Assembly (NCBI GenBank): GCA_964649715.1
Contig: CAZYTH010000003.1
Location: forward strand, 4,713 to 68,712
Reading direction: 5' to 3'
DNA from: an uncultured Candidatus Saccharibacteria bacterium
Lineage (GTDB): Bacteria; Patescibacteriota; Minisyncoccia; Phycocordibacterales; UBA12445
DNA: 64,000 bases
Shown here piece by piece: positions 47,096 through 56,631 of this stretch. The stretch's first letter is position 1; each line of letters starts with the position of its first letter. Under the pieces are notes generated by a model, which made no database searches, was not told the DNA's origin, and worked only from the letters and a program-made list of their open reading frames with translations. Position numbers and translations under genes: made by a program.

Positions 47096-47185
47096 TGCGG
47101 GGTTTTTCTTTGCCCTTTTTATGAGCGAGGTTCAACCTCGCTCATAAAAAAAAGAAAACCCCGCACTTACGTGAAGTTGCGGGGT
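47096..47185. repeat. compound GC-rich hairpin set. It acts as a minus-strand terminator for 47199..47630 and also contains nested and alternative stems.
   Basis: TGCGGGGTTTTTCTTT pairs with AAAGAAAACCCCGCA. The inner palindrome is ATGAGCGAGGTT-c-AACCTCGCTCAT. CCCCGCA can alternatively pair with the downstream TGCGGGG. Confidence 0.6.
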
Positions 47186-47198
47186 CGGTAAAGAACAA

Positions 47199-47630
47199 TC
47201 AGAAGGAGGGGATCCGAGCAAACGGACTGCTCTTGGAGGTCATCGGGGCGCAACCCCGAAGTCGCCAGTCGGTCTCGGTCTTGGAAACTGGGGTGGCGGG
47301 TGGGGTCTTCGGCTTGGCGACCGGAGCATTGAATCCCGGATCTTCCCAGACAAGACCTCCTCGAGGCGTGGTGTCGAGAGGCACATTCGCCTCCTCGTCG
47401 ACCTCGTCGATTTCCTGAATTTCAAAAGCCACCGTCGCGAAGAAGCGAGACTTTTCCTTCTTTTCCCTCCTCCCTTCGTCGTCCCAGCTCATCGGCCTAC
47501 CGCGGGACTTGGCGCGAATGCGGGCGAAGTGCGACTTGATCGCCTTCTCCTTCACTCCGCCCTTCGTCATCACCACCTTCACCGCCTCGGCCAGATACTC
47601 GAACCACCAGTCGTATAATTCCCAATCCAT
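47199..47630 (-). CDS. hypothetical protein encoded in strongly GC-rich DNA (roughly 55-60% by eye, against an AT-rich background), likely recently acquired.
   Basis: GC-ending codons (ctc, gtc, gcc, ggc) unlike the neighbours. A terminator lies downstream. The protein MDWELYDWWFEYLAEAVKVV... has no recognised motif. Confidence 0.45.
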   Translation of the reverse strand: MDWELYDWWFEYLAEAVKVVMTKGGVKEKAIKSHFARIRAKSRGRPMSWDDEGRREKKEKSRFFATVAFEIQEIDEVDEEANVPLDTTPRGGLVWEDPGFNAPVAKPKTPPATPVSKTETDWRLRGCAPMTSKSSPFARIPSF

Positions 47631-47860
47631 ATTCTTCTCCTTTCAAAAATTGTATTTTCAATTATCTATTATATATTATAAACCTATTTTATATGTTTTG
47701 TCAAGATTTTTGTTGTTTCCCCTTTTGTTTTAGGGCTATTTTTAAAAAATATCCTATCCCCCATCTGAGTCCGACAACCTATCTGAATTACAAAAAAAAC
47801 GGGTAGTTTAAAAAAGCACCTTACAAAGGTGCTTCGTTTTCAACAAAAAAATTAGTTTTA

Positions 47861-48115
47861 TTATTTTTTAAGTGGCCCAATAAGACCTTCGGCTTCGGCC
47901 AAAATTTTTGTCTTCTCCTCCTCAGACAGTCCAATAATCTTTTCCATTCCGATAAGCTCTCCGCTTCTTTTCAGATAACACTCGTGGTTGTGCGAGTCCC
48001 AAGAAAGAGGATTATCACCACCACTCTCTCTGGAGACACCACGAAACCAGCACAGATAAGCCAATAATTCTCTAAAATAAAAAGATTTAAGGGCATTAAA
48101 TGTCTTATCCATCAA
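47861..48115 (-). CDS. small hypothetical protein.
   Basis: ORF only. Confidence 0.3.
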   Translation of the reverse strand: MMDKTFNALKSFYFRELLAYLCWFRGVSRESGGDNPLSWDSHNHECYLKRSGELIGMEKIIGLSEEEKTKILAEAEGLIGPLKK

Positions 48116-48303
48116 AACCCCCTTTTCTCATCATCATAAAAGAAAAAAATCAAAATAATTACCGATGCAATAGAAAGAAATAGGGCAATAAAAAAATCCA
48201 TATTCTCCCTCTCTTTTTTTAAAGAACCTTATTGGTGACAAATTAACACAGTTGCAAACAACATTCAATAATAAAACACTTTCTCTAAAATAATTTGTTT
48301 TTT

Positions 48304-50484
48304 TTATTTAGCGATTGTCACAGCTTCATCAAACTTTATTGAAAGTAGCTTAGACACACCGTCACCCCCCATAGTTACACCATAAAGTATTCCCGCGCGA
48401 GACATAGTCTCTCTATTGTGAGTAACGACAATAAGCTGAGAGATTTTTGAAAGATTCTCGAGCATATCTCCATATTTCTTTGAGTTAGACTCATCTAGTG
48501 CCGCATCTGTCTCGTCAAGAACTAAAAATGGAGGCGGATTCACCTGGGATACCGCAAAAAGAAGAGCAATTGACGTAAGCGCTCTTTCTCCTCCAGAAAG
48601 CATCGTGAGGCCTTTTATTTTTTTTCTCGGCAAATTAACATTTATATCTATGCCAGCCTCAGGCTTCTTTTCGTCTTTTTCCATAAAATTTTCACTTTTT
48701 GGATTTTCAGCATTTTCTTCGAACAATCTCTCTTCGGTTGTTTTCTTCTTTTCGGGGAAATTAAGAGTGAGCTCCGCTGAACCTCCACCGAACATCGACA
48801 CAAAAAATTCCTGAAATTGCTTATTTATTTTTTCCAACCCCTTTTTAAATTCAATGTCTATCTTTTCAGAAAGTTCCAACATCAAAGAACGCAAGCCTTC
48901 TGCACTGTCGACAAGATCGGCAACTTCTTTCTCTAAAAACTTTTCTCTCTCTTCGGTCTCATTATATTCTTTAAGGACATCTTCTCCCGCATTTCCCATA
49001 TCTTCAAGTCTTATTTTTATTCTTTCTATCTTTCTCCTTCTTTCTTCCTGCATAATCCTTGGCTCGTTATCTATTTGTGTTTCGATTCCTCCAAAATCCT
49101 TATAATTAACAGCCTCCCTTCCAGCCAATACGACCGCCTCGGTAAGTTCCATCTTAAAAGCACCCTCTTCCAGCAAAAGTTTTTCTTCTTTAGCCCGAAC
49201 AGCATTTAATTGTGCCAATATTTCGCTTTTTTCCGCACGCAAAAGATACAGCGCCCTCTCCGAATCCCTGAATTCATCCTTTTTATTCTCTAAACCAGAT
49301 TTGATCGAGGATATTTCACCACCAACTCGCGATTCGCTTTCGCACAGAGAGACGATCATCTTCTCAAATTCCCCCCGCTTGGTTCTTAACTCCGAAACTT
49401 CCCTTTCTCTCTCTTTCCTAAGCTCATCTTCCCTGCTTTCATCTAATGTCTTCACTACCACTTGTCCGCAATAAGAACAGACTTTCTCCCCCTTATCATT
49501 TACTTTTATGTTTTTATTATGATTCCCCCTCTCCATGTCACACTTTATTTCTATCAAAGCATCTAATCTGCCAATCTCTCTTTCTAGGTTGGTTTTTTTG
49601 TTTCTAATTTCCAGAAGATTTACCTCTAAATCCTTCATTTTGTCGGAAGATTCCTTTGGCAAAACATTGACTTCTGCAAGCATCTGGCTCAACCTCGCTG
49701 TTTCCGCATCTATATTCTTTATTTGTTCTTCAGGTAAGGTTCGATTCTTTAAAATATCCGCTCTGAAATTATTCAGGTAATTATCTTCTCTTTTAAAATA
49801 TTCTTTATATAGGTTTATTAGCTCGAGTCTCATCTCCTCCGCCTTTTTTACTTGCTCAATCTGTTTTCTGAGAAAACGAAGATGGGGAGCTATTTCTCTT
49901 CTTAAAGACTCTACCTCTTTTATATTTTCTTTGGTCTTTTGGAGCTTTTTTTCGCTTTCCTCTTTTTTATATTGATAAACCTTAAGACCAAGGGCATCTT
50001 CTATCATCTCTCGTCTCTCAAATATATTTGCATTCAAAATCCTATCAGCTTCACCCTGACTAATTATATGATGACTAGACACACCCAAAGACACAGCCGA
50101 GAGGAGTTCTATCACATCTTTTAAGCGAACCTTGCTCCCATTTATATAATATTCGTTTGTTCCATCACGATAGATATGGCGAGATATTGCGACCTCGTCG
50201 AACTCCAAATTGAATTTTCTCTCTTTGTTATCAAACACAACCAGAACGCTTGCGTGGTTCAGTTTTGAGTAACCGGCAGAACCGTTGAAGATTAGGTCTT
50301 CTCCCCTCTTCCCTCTAAGCGATTTCAGTGACTGTTCTCCAAGCGCCCAGCGAAGCGCCTCGGCTACGTTTGATTTACCAGATCCATTTGGACCCACAAC
50401 CGCCGTTATAGAAGACTCAAAGTCTAAAACCGTCTTTTTTGCAAAAGACTTAAAACCAAGCAATTCTACTCGTTTTAGATTCAC
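48304..50484 (-). CDS. smc: short (726 aa) SMC-family ATPase. A CxxC motif sits where a hinge would be expected, in the middle of the coiled coil.
   Basis: N-terminal head (LLGFKSFAKKTVLDFESSITAVVGPNGSGKSNVAEALRWALGEQS). C-terminal signature and D-loop (LSGGERALTSIALLFAV...FLVLDETDAALDESN...GVTM). KVCSYCGQVV lies in the coiled-coil midpoint. Confidence 0.8.
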   Translation of the reverse strand: MNLKRVELLGFKSFAKKTVLDFESSITAVVGPNGSGKSNVAEALRWALGEQSLKSLRGKRGEDLIFNGSAGYSKLNHASVLVVFDNKERKFNLEFDEVAISRHIYRDGTNEYYINGSKVRLKDVIELLSAVSLGVSSHHIISQGEADRILNANIFERREMIEDALGLKVYQYKKEESEKKLQKTKENIKEVESLRREIAPHLRFLRKQIEQVKKAEEMRLELINLYKEYFKREDNYLNNFRADILKNRTLPEEQIKNIDAETARLSQMLAEVNVLPKESSDKMKDLEVNLLEIRNKKTNLEREIGRLDALIEIKCDMERGNHNKNIKVNDKGEKVCSYCGQVVVKTLDESREDELRKEREREVSELRTKRGEFEKMIVSLCESESRVGGEISSIKSGLENKKDEFRDSERALYLLRAEKSEILAQLNAVRAKEEKLLLEEGAFKMELTEAVVLAGREAVNYKDFGGIETQIDNEPRIMQEERRRKIERIKIRLEDMGNAGEDVLKEYNETEEREKFLEKEVADLVDSAEGLRSLMLELSEKIDIEFKKGLEKINKQFQEFFVSMFGGGSAELTLNFPEKKKTTEERLFEENAENPKSENFMEKDEKKPEAGIDINVNLPRKKIKGLTMLSGGERALTSIALLFAVSQVNPPPFLVLDETDAALDESNSKKYGDMLENLSKISQLIVVTHNRETMSRAGILYGVTMGGDGVSKLLSIKFDEAVTIAK

Positions 50485-50600
50485 TTATGTATTATAGCAA
50501 TTTTATAAAATACAGGAAACACAAAATTATTATGAAATTCTTTTACGTTAAAGCCAAAATAAAAAAACTCCCACCAAGGTGAGAGTAAAAATATCTTATT

Positions 50601-50837
50601 TTAGACAAAGAGACAAAGAATAGACAACGCAGATAAAATAATAAAAACAGTGGCGAAGATAACTTTTATATTATTATCATAAATGAAACTTTCATGATCT
50701 TCATTGTCATACTTGGTATCAATACCTAATTTCTGAGGAATGATTGCGTCTTCCTTGTGACAAACTTCACATTTGTCTAAAGAAACACAAAATGTGGATT
50801 GTCTTGGATCGCATGAAATACAAACCTTCTTTTTCAT
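50601..50837 (-). CDS. small Cys-rich protein with a C-terminal transmembrane segment.
   Basis: CISCDP...C...CEVCH and a hydrophobic tail. Confidence 0.35.
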   Translation of the reverse strand: MKKKVCISCDPRQSTFCVSLDKCEVCHKEDAIIPQKLGIDTKYDNEDHESFIYDNNIKVIFATVFIILSALSILCLFV

Positions 50838-51272
50838 CCTAAAAACCTCCCTAAATAAATTTCTTTTAAATTTATTGCCAGGTCATATAACAAATTGCCA
50901 AAGCAAATAAAATTTGTTTCAAATGTGCTTATTTCAAGAAGCAAGATAACACAAGGGAAAAATAAAATCAAAAATCCATCTTAAAAAATATCAAACAAAA
51001 ATTTAACCCCACCTTATTTGGGCGGGGTTTTTGTCTTTATTCCTCCTTCTTCACCGGGACATTGTCATTCCGATCGAGACCGAGGAGCTTTCGCTCCTGG
51101 TCCAACATCTTCTGGGAGACGACGAGGCCATCGGACGAAATCCAGAGTTCCATACTTCCTCCTTAAATTTTTGATCAAACTTGATTCCTATTTAACTATA
51201 CACCTATATTTACGTTTTGTCAATACATTTATTTATGAAAAAGCTCCGAAGTTATTTCGGAGCAAAAAATCC

Positions 51273-51941
51273 TTATTTATCAAGGCTATAATAGGGATAA
51301 CCACATTTCATCGGCAGTGCCTCAAGGAAGAACCAGTCAAGAGTTGGTGTATCCCTCTTCATAAAGATACCGGGGGCAGATGACTTACCGTAGCGAGAAC
51401 CTAGGGCACCGACATTGTGCCTATTTAAGGTTTCGGTATGAATGCAAAGAGAGATTAGCTCCTCAACCACCATCGGTTTTTTTTGATTATTTCTGATAAC
51501 CCTTTCCACATCCGAGGGAACATATCCTCTGCCCTCCCAACCGTCATTAACATCAAAAATGTAATACGGCTCCTTCGGTAATTCCCTTCCATTTTCAATC
51601 CCGGACACATCGATCTCGATAGTTCCAGTGGAATCATTTTTCTTTACCATTTCCATTTGTCTCACATAAGAAAGCCACGACTCCGGAATAACCGGAAGAA
51701 AAGGGACGTTCCCCCTTCTTGTCCTAATCCCAAGCGCGCGCTCGGCTACTCGCATTTTTTCCCGATAAAGCCTGTCAATAATAAATTCCGGACAACCCCG
51801 ATCATCCAGACGGTCGATCTGTTCGTCAAAAAGATCAAGTAGTTCGTTCAATCGGCCCCATTCATCCTTCTCGCTCTGGCATTGAACCGAAAAAAACAGA
51901 ACGAACAACAAAACTAAGATAAGGTATCGGCTTGCTTTCAT
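51273..51941 (-). CDS. secreted hypothetical protein with moderately elevated GC.
   Basis: Signal peptide MKASRYLILVLLFVLFFSVQCQS. Confidence 0.5.
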   Translation of the reverse strand: MKASRYLILVLLFVLFFSVQCQSEKDEWGRLNELLDLFDEQIDRLDDRGCPEFIIDRLYREKMRVAERALGIRTRRGNVPFLPVIPESWLSYVRQMEMVKKNDSTGTIEIDVSGIENGRELPKEPYYIFDVNDGWEGRGYVPSDVERVIRNNQKKPMVVEELISLCIHTETLNRHNVGALGSRYGKSSAPGIFMKRDTPTLDWFFLEALPMKCGYPYYSLDK

Positions 51942-52069
51942 TTATCCTCCTTTTATTATCAAAAAACTATTACAATGAGAGATGGTAGCAAAAAACCAAA
52001 AAAATTGAAATTGGGGCATCGAATCAAAAAATATGTTAAAATATCAAAGTTAATAATTAAGATAAAATT

Positions 52070-52372
52070 ATGAAAAACACAGACAAAATGACCGATGATT
52101 TTCTTAAAAACAAGGGGTTCGATCAAGAAGGCAATCCGATCGAAGAAGGTACTGCAAAAGAAAATGAAAAAAAAGCCGAGGAAACAGTAGAAAATTTAAT
52201 AAAAAAGATATCTGAGTTAAACAGTGAAGATTTAAACAATTTTAGAAATGCCTTGCTAAACAACAACATGGAGTCTGAAGAAAAATTAAACGAGGGACAA
52301 AAAAATCTTCTTCTTGAATTAAGGAAAAAAGGCCTGGATAAAATACTAAAAATCGAAGATTTAACTTTTTAA
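52070..52372 (+). CDS. small acidic hypothetical protein.
   Basis: ORF only. Confidence 0.35.
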   Translation: MKNTDKMTDDFLKNKGFDQEGNPIEEGTAKENEKKAEETVENLIKKISELNSEDLNNFRNALLNNNMESEEKLNEGQKNLLLELRKKGLDKILKIEDLTF

Positions 52373-52390
52373 AATAGGAATACAAAAAAA

Positions 52391-52419
52391 CCACACAAGA
52401 TTACTTTGTGTGGTTTTTG
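52391..52419. terminator. bidirectional hairpin terminator. It is copy 1 of a near-identical pair.
   Basis: aaaaaaCCACACAAgattactTTGTGTGGttttt. Confidence 0.6.
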
Positions 52420-52430
52420 TTGGTTGGAAA

Positions 52431-52868
52431 TTACTTGTCAACCAACTCGGCTTCAGAAACCTGTTCTTTCTTCGCCCCAAAAACAGATTTTTCAAAATGC
52501 TTACAGTTCTTGCAACAATCCATCAGATTGTTTTGAAGAAGTCTTTCCATGTTCCGCAAAAAAGCCTCTTGTTCTTTTCTTGCGCGATTATTTTGAATAT
52601 CAACATTTTCAATCATTCTCTCCAGAACACGACCGAACTTATCCGCCAGATTAGAATGCATATTGCGCCGAATGTTTTGTTCGGTAGCTTTAATAATAAA
52701 CTCAGAAAAAAGTTTCGCAAAAAGTGCTATAAGAAAAATACCTGTCCAATAGTGCCCAACGGTCACAGCGTTCATGGCGGCCAAAAAAATACTAAAACAC
52801 AAAAACAAACTCCAAAACATAGACGTTCCCTCCTTTTCAACGAACTTTAACCGTAAACAAGCTAACAT
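52431..52868 (-). CDS. membrane hypothetical protein flanked by the paired terminators.
   Basis: N-terminal transmembrane segments. Confidence 0.45.
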   Translation of the reverse strand: MLACLRLKFVEKEGTSMFWSLFLCFSIFLAAMNAVTVGHYWTGIFLIALFAKLFSEFIIKATEQNIRRNMHSNLADKFGRVLERMIENVDIQNNRARKEQEAFLRNMERLLQNNLMDCCKNCKHFEKSVFGAKKEQVSEAELVDK

Positions 52869-53003
52869 AGATAAAAAAACCCGTAAAGACTGTGGAAGAA
52901 TATTTAAATTTTGATCTTAAACCTTTCTGCCGGTTGACGAGAATTGCAACTTATTAGCCTCTTAATTAATTCTTTTTTGTAAAGACAACCAGCAGGTAAA
53001 AAA

Positions 53004-53036
53004 CCACCCAAGATTACTTTGTGTGGTTTTTGTTTT
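53004..53036. terminator. copy 2 of the hairpin terminator, with one stem mismatch.
   Basis: aaaaaaCCACCCAAgattactTTGTGTGGttttt. Confidence 0.6.
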
Positions 53037-55635
53037 TCTCTTTTTTGCAATTTGTCCCGGAAAGACACTTCTTTAGGTATTTGGCTGTATACGAAGTTTT
53101 GTGATTTGAAACCTCTTCCGGTGTACCAGTAACAATTATCTTTCCTCCATCTTCCCCTCCTTCGGGACCCATATCTATTATATAATCAGCGCTCTTCACT
53201 ACATCCATATTATGCTCTATTACGATCACGGTATTGCCCCTGTTGACCAAGCGGTGAAGTATCCCTATCAAATTTTTTACATCTTCATAATGAAGACCGA
53301 TTGTGGGCTCGTCCAAAAGATAAACAGTCCTCTCTGTGTGCGGTCTATAAAACTCGGAAGCTATCTTTACCCTCTGCGATTCTCCGCCGGAAAGTGTTGT
53401 GGCGGATTGCCCCAGCTCAAGATATCCAAGGCCAACATCGAGAAGGCAATCAAGCCTATCGGATATGGCCGGAATGTCTTTAAAAAATACAGCGGCCTCT
53501 TCAACCGTCATCTTTAGAACATCGTATATATTTTTCCCTTTATATTTTACCTGTAAAGTCTCTTTATCAAATCGCTTACCGAGGCAAACATCACACGGCA
53601 CATAAACTGTCGGCAGAAAGTGCATCTGAACAGATATCATTCCGTTTCCCTCGCAAGTTTCGCACCTTCCTCCCTTCACGTTAAAAGAAAATCTACCAGG
53701 CTTCCACCCTCTGACCCTAGCGTCTTCAGTATAGGAGAACATATCTCTTATGTGTGTCCATGCACCTGTATATGTCGCAGGATTGGATCTTGGAGTCCTT
53801 CCTATCGGAGATTGATCGATCAAAACGACCCTAGAAACGTACTCTGATCCCAAAAAATTCTTACAGTTTATTGTTTCTTTCGGACCGCGCCACCTCATCA
53901 ACTTCGCATCTAAATTTTTGTGTATAATATCATACATTAAGGTAGATTTTCCGGAACCAGAAACACCTGTAATGCAGACGAGTCGGCCCAAAGGAACATC
54001 GGTGTTCAAGCCACAAAGACTGTTAACCTTTCCGCCGATTATCTTGAGACTCCCCTTTTCCTTATTTCTCCTTTTTTCGGGGAGCTCCACCCCCTTATCC
54101 CCCCTCAAATAATCCAGCGTTAGGGACTTTCCTTCGGGGTGTTTTTTCTTATCTGTTATAAGCTCTTCTGTGCTACCTTCAATAACGATATTGCCACCAT
54201 GAACCCCAGCTCCGGGACCAATATCCACCAAATGATCGGAAGAAAATATTGTATCCTCGTCATGCTCAACAACAATAATCGTATTACCAAGATCTCTTAA
54301 TTTATGGAGAGTTTTTACCAACTGCTCATTGTCTCTTGAGTGTAAGCCGATCGTCGGCTCATCAAGCACATAAAGAGCCCCCACAAGGTGGGAGCCAAGC
54401 TGTGATGCGAGCCTTATTCTCTGCGCCTCACCACCAGAAAGGGTTCCCGCCCTTCTGTCGAGTGTAAGATAACCAAGTCCAACATCAAGCATAAATTTTA
54501 AACGCGAGTTTATTTCTCTTGTAAGAACTCTGGATATCTCCTCTTCGCGAGGAGTCATTTTAATATCTCTAAAAAACTGATCGGCCTCTTTTATAGAAAG
54601 AGATGAAAGTTCAACAATATTCTTCCCGCCGATACGAACCTGAAGCGCTTCTTGCTTCAGACGAAGACCGTTGCAGGCTGAGCATATCTTTTCGCTCCAC
54701 AAAGATTCTGTCCCTATGCCATGGCATTCTGGACAAGCGCCATAAGGAGAATTAAATGAAAAAAGTCTCGGCTCTATTTCGACGAAAGAAAAGCCGTCGT
54801 TCGGACAAGTATATCTGGCAGACATCGCAAACTCCTCCCATTTCTTTCCTAAATCTGATAACCGAAGCTTCCCCCCATCATAAGAAAATACGACTCTCAC
54901 AGTGTCTTCGGCAAGAGAAAGCGCAAGCGGAACAGACTCAGATAGTCTTTCTTTTATTTTCTCCATATCACCTATTTCTATCTCATCAACAAGAATATCA
55001 ATATCGTGTTTTTTGTTTTTATCAAGAACAATCCTCTCCCTTAAGTGACACAAATCTCCATCAACTCGAGCCTTGACGTATCCCTTTCCTAAATAATCAT
55101 ATAAGAGCTGATAATATTCCCCCTTTCTACCCCTTACAACCGGAGCAAAAATAAGAATACGAGAAATTTCATCCTTTCTCTCGGAAACATTTACTTTGTT
55201 TAAAATAAATTGAATTATCTCGTCGTTTGATAATTTTTTTATAGGCTCGCTACATAAGAGACAGTGTGGAATACCTATTCTGGCATAAAGAACACGTAAA
55301 TAATCATATATCTCGGTTATTGTTGCGACAGTAGACCTTGGGTTGGCCGAGTGTGATTTCTGATCAATAGAGATAGCTGGAGAAAGACCCGTTATTTCGT
55401 CAACATCGGGCTTCTGAAATTGCTTTAGAAACTGGCGAGCATAAGAAGAAAGTGATTCAACGTATCGCCTCTGACCTTCGGCAAATATCGTATCAAACGC
55501 AAGAGATGATTTTCCAGACCCAGAAAGACCAGTGAAAACCACCATCTTTCCTCGTGGGATTTCTAGGTCTATATTCTTCAGGTTGTGGGTTCGTGCTCCC
55601 TTAATTATTATTTTTTCCTCTTTTTTCTTATCCAT
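53014..55635 (-). CDS. uvrA: excinuclease ABC subunit A.
   Basis: Two ABC cassettes (GLSGSGKSS / GVSGSGKST), zinc fingers and LSGGE signatures. Confidence 0.95.
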   Translation of the reverse strand: MDKKKEEKIIIKGARTHNLKNIDLEIPRGKMVVFTGLSGSGKSSLAFDTIFAEGQRRYVESLSSYARQFLKQFQKPDVDEITGLSPAISIDQKSHSANPRSTVATITEIYDYLRVLYARIGIPHCLLCSEPIKKLSNDEIIQFILNKVNVSERKDEISRILIFAPVVRGRKGEYYQLLYDYLGKGYVKARVDGDLCHLRERIVLDKNKKHDIDILVDEIEIGDMEKIKERLSESVPLALSLAEDTVRVVFSYDGGKLRLSDLGKKWEEFAMSARYTCPNDGFSFVEIEPRLFSFNSPYGACPECHGIGTESLWSEKICSACNGLRLKQEALQVRIGGKNIVELSSLSIKEADQFFRDIKMTPREEEISRVLTREINSRLKFMLDVGLGYLTLDRRAGTLSGGEAQRIRLASQLGSHLVGALYVLDEPTIGLHSRDNEQLVKTLHKLRDLGNTIIVVEHDEDTIFSSDHLVDIGPGAGVHGGNIVIEGSTEELITDKKKHPEGKSLTLDYLRGDKGVELPEKRRNKEKGSLKIIGGKVNSLCGLNTDVPLGRLVCITGVSGSGKSTLMYDIIHKNLDAKLMRWRGPKETINCKNFLGSEYVSRVVLIDQSPIGRTPRSNPATYTGAWTHIRDMFSYTEDARVRGWKPGRFSFNVKGGRCETCEGNGMISVQMHFLPTVYVPCDVCLGKRFDKETLQVKYKGKNIYDVLKMTVEEAAVFFKDIPAISDRLDCLLDVGLGYLELGQSATTLSGGESQRVKIASEFYRPHTERTVYLLDEPTIGLHYEDVKNLIGILHRLVNRGNTVIVIEHNMDVVKSADYIIDMGPEGGEDGGKIIVTGTPEEVSNHKTSYTAKYLKKCLSGTNCKKEKNKNHTK

Positions 55636-55980
55636 CTTTTTTAATTAAGCGACACAGTATACATTTTTTATGAATGACTTGCAAGTATGTCAATAATGTG
55701 TTTGTATGATATATAGTTCTTTCTAAAAAGGAGGTGATTCTGTGGGATTATTTTTCATTGTTGTGGCCGTCGTTCTCGTAGGCATTATTATCTCGTGCAT
55801 CACAAACAAAGAATAACCTTGGTATCAGTAAGCCACCCTCTCTTGGGGTGGTTTTTAAAATTTGTTGCAACAAAACCAAATATATGTTTCTATTCTTTCA
55901 GAATAGGGCAATTTTAAATATAGAAGTTCTCATGTTTGTTTTAAAAAATTTAGCGCAAATCCATAAAACAAGGAGGGGAA

Positions 55981-56583
55981 ATGAAATTTAATTTAGAACG
56001 TTCTTCTGTAACACTTAAAATATCGATTATAAAAATAAATGATAAAAATTTTTACCGAATATCATCTTTCAGGTGGGGACCGCTTCTGGTTCCAACAAAC
56101 AAACTTGAAATAAAAATTGTTCCCGATGCATTAAAAAGCATAAGTTATATTCTTGTAGATGTGGTTGATCCGAATACCTCTGTTAATCACCCGTGCAAAG
56201 AAGCGATCATCGCAGGTGAGAAAGAAGAGGATTTGAGAGAGTACTTCAGGAATTCCAACGTCCCTTTTCCAGAACACAAAAACAGCCTGACAGAGATGCA
56301 GAATTCTCTTGTCTGTCTTGCGGGAAGAGAAAAACTTACACAAGAACAAAAAGAGAGCCTGATTGAAGAAATTCAAGGCCTTTGTAACCACAAAAATACA
56401 GTGTTCGCATTTGACGGCAAAGAACAAATTTTCACCCTTTGTGCTTTTTGCGGAAAAGAAGAAAAATTCCTCTTTACTAGATCAACGATAATCAAGCTAA
56501 AGAAGATGGGTTTTAGAACAATCGACATCAAGGTTCTCTTCTCAAGAAAAAAGCGTCTTTTTAAAAAACTTGGTATTGAGTAA
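55981..56583 (+). CDS. hypothetical protein between uvrA and uvrB.
   Basis: ORF with a downstream terminator at 56592-56625 (CCCGCC...GGCGGG followed by a T-run). Confidence 0.5.
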   Translation: MKFNLERSSVTLKISIIKINDKNFYRISSFRWGPLLVPTNKLEIKIVPDALKSISYILVDVVDPNTSVNHPCKEAIIAGEKEEDLREYFRNSNVPFPEHKNSLTEMQNSLVCLAGREKLTQEQKESLIEEIQGLCNHKNTVFAFDGKEQIFTLCAFCGKEEKFLFTRSTIIKLKKMGFRTIDIKVLFSRKKRLFKKLGIE

Positions 56584-56631
56584 GCAGTATCACCACCCCG
56601 CCCCACAAAGGCGGGTTTTTATTTTTTGTTT

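Noticed and set aside
48304-50484. Calling the SMC-like ATPase SbcC/Rad50 outright.
   Set aside because: The head-domain sequence matches SMC signatures best, ending GVTM, and no SbcD/Mre11 nuclease gene is adjacent. The CxxC is noted but the call stays SMC-family.
51037-51153. 38-aa GC-rich minus-strand ORF (MELWISSDGLVVSQKMLDQERKLLGLDRNDNVPVKKEE).
   Set aside because: It coincides with a GC-rich hairpin repeat unit (tgtcattccgatcgagaccgaggagctttcgctcctggtc), so it more likely reflects the repeat than a gene.
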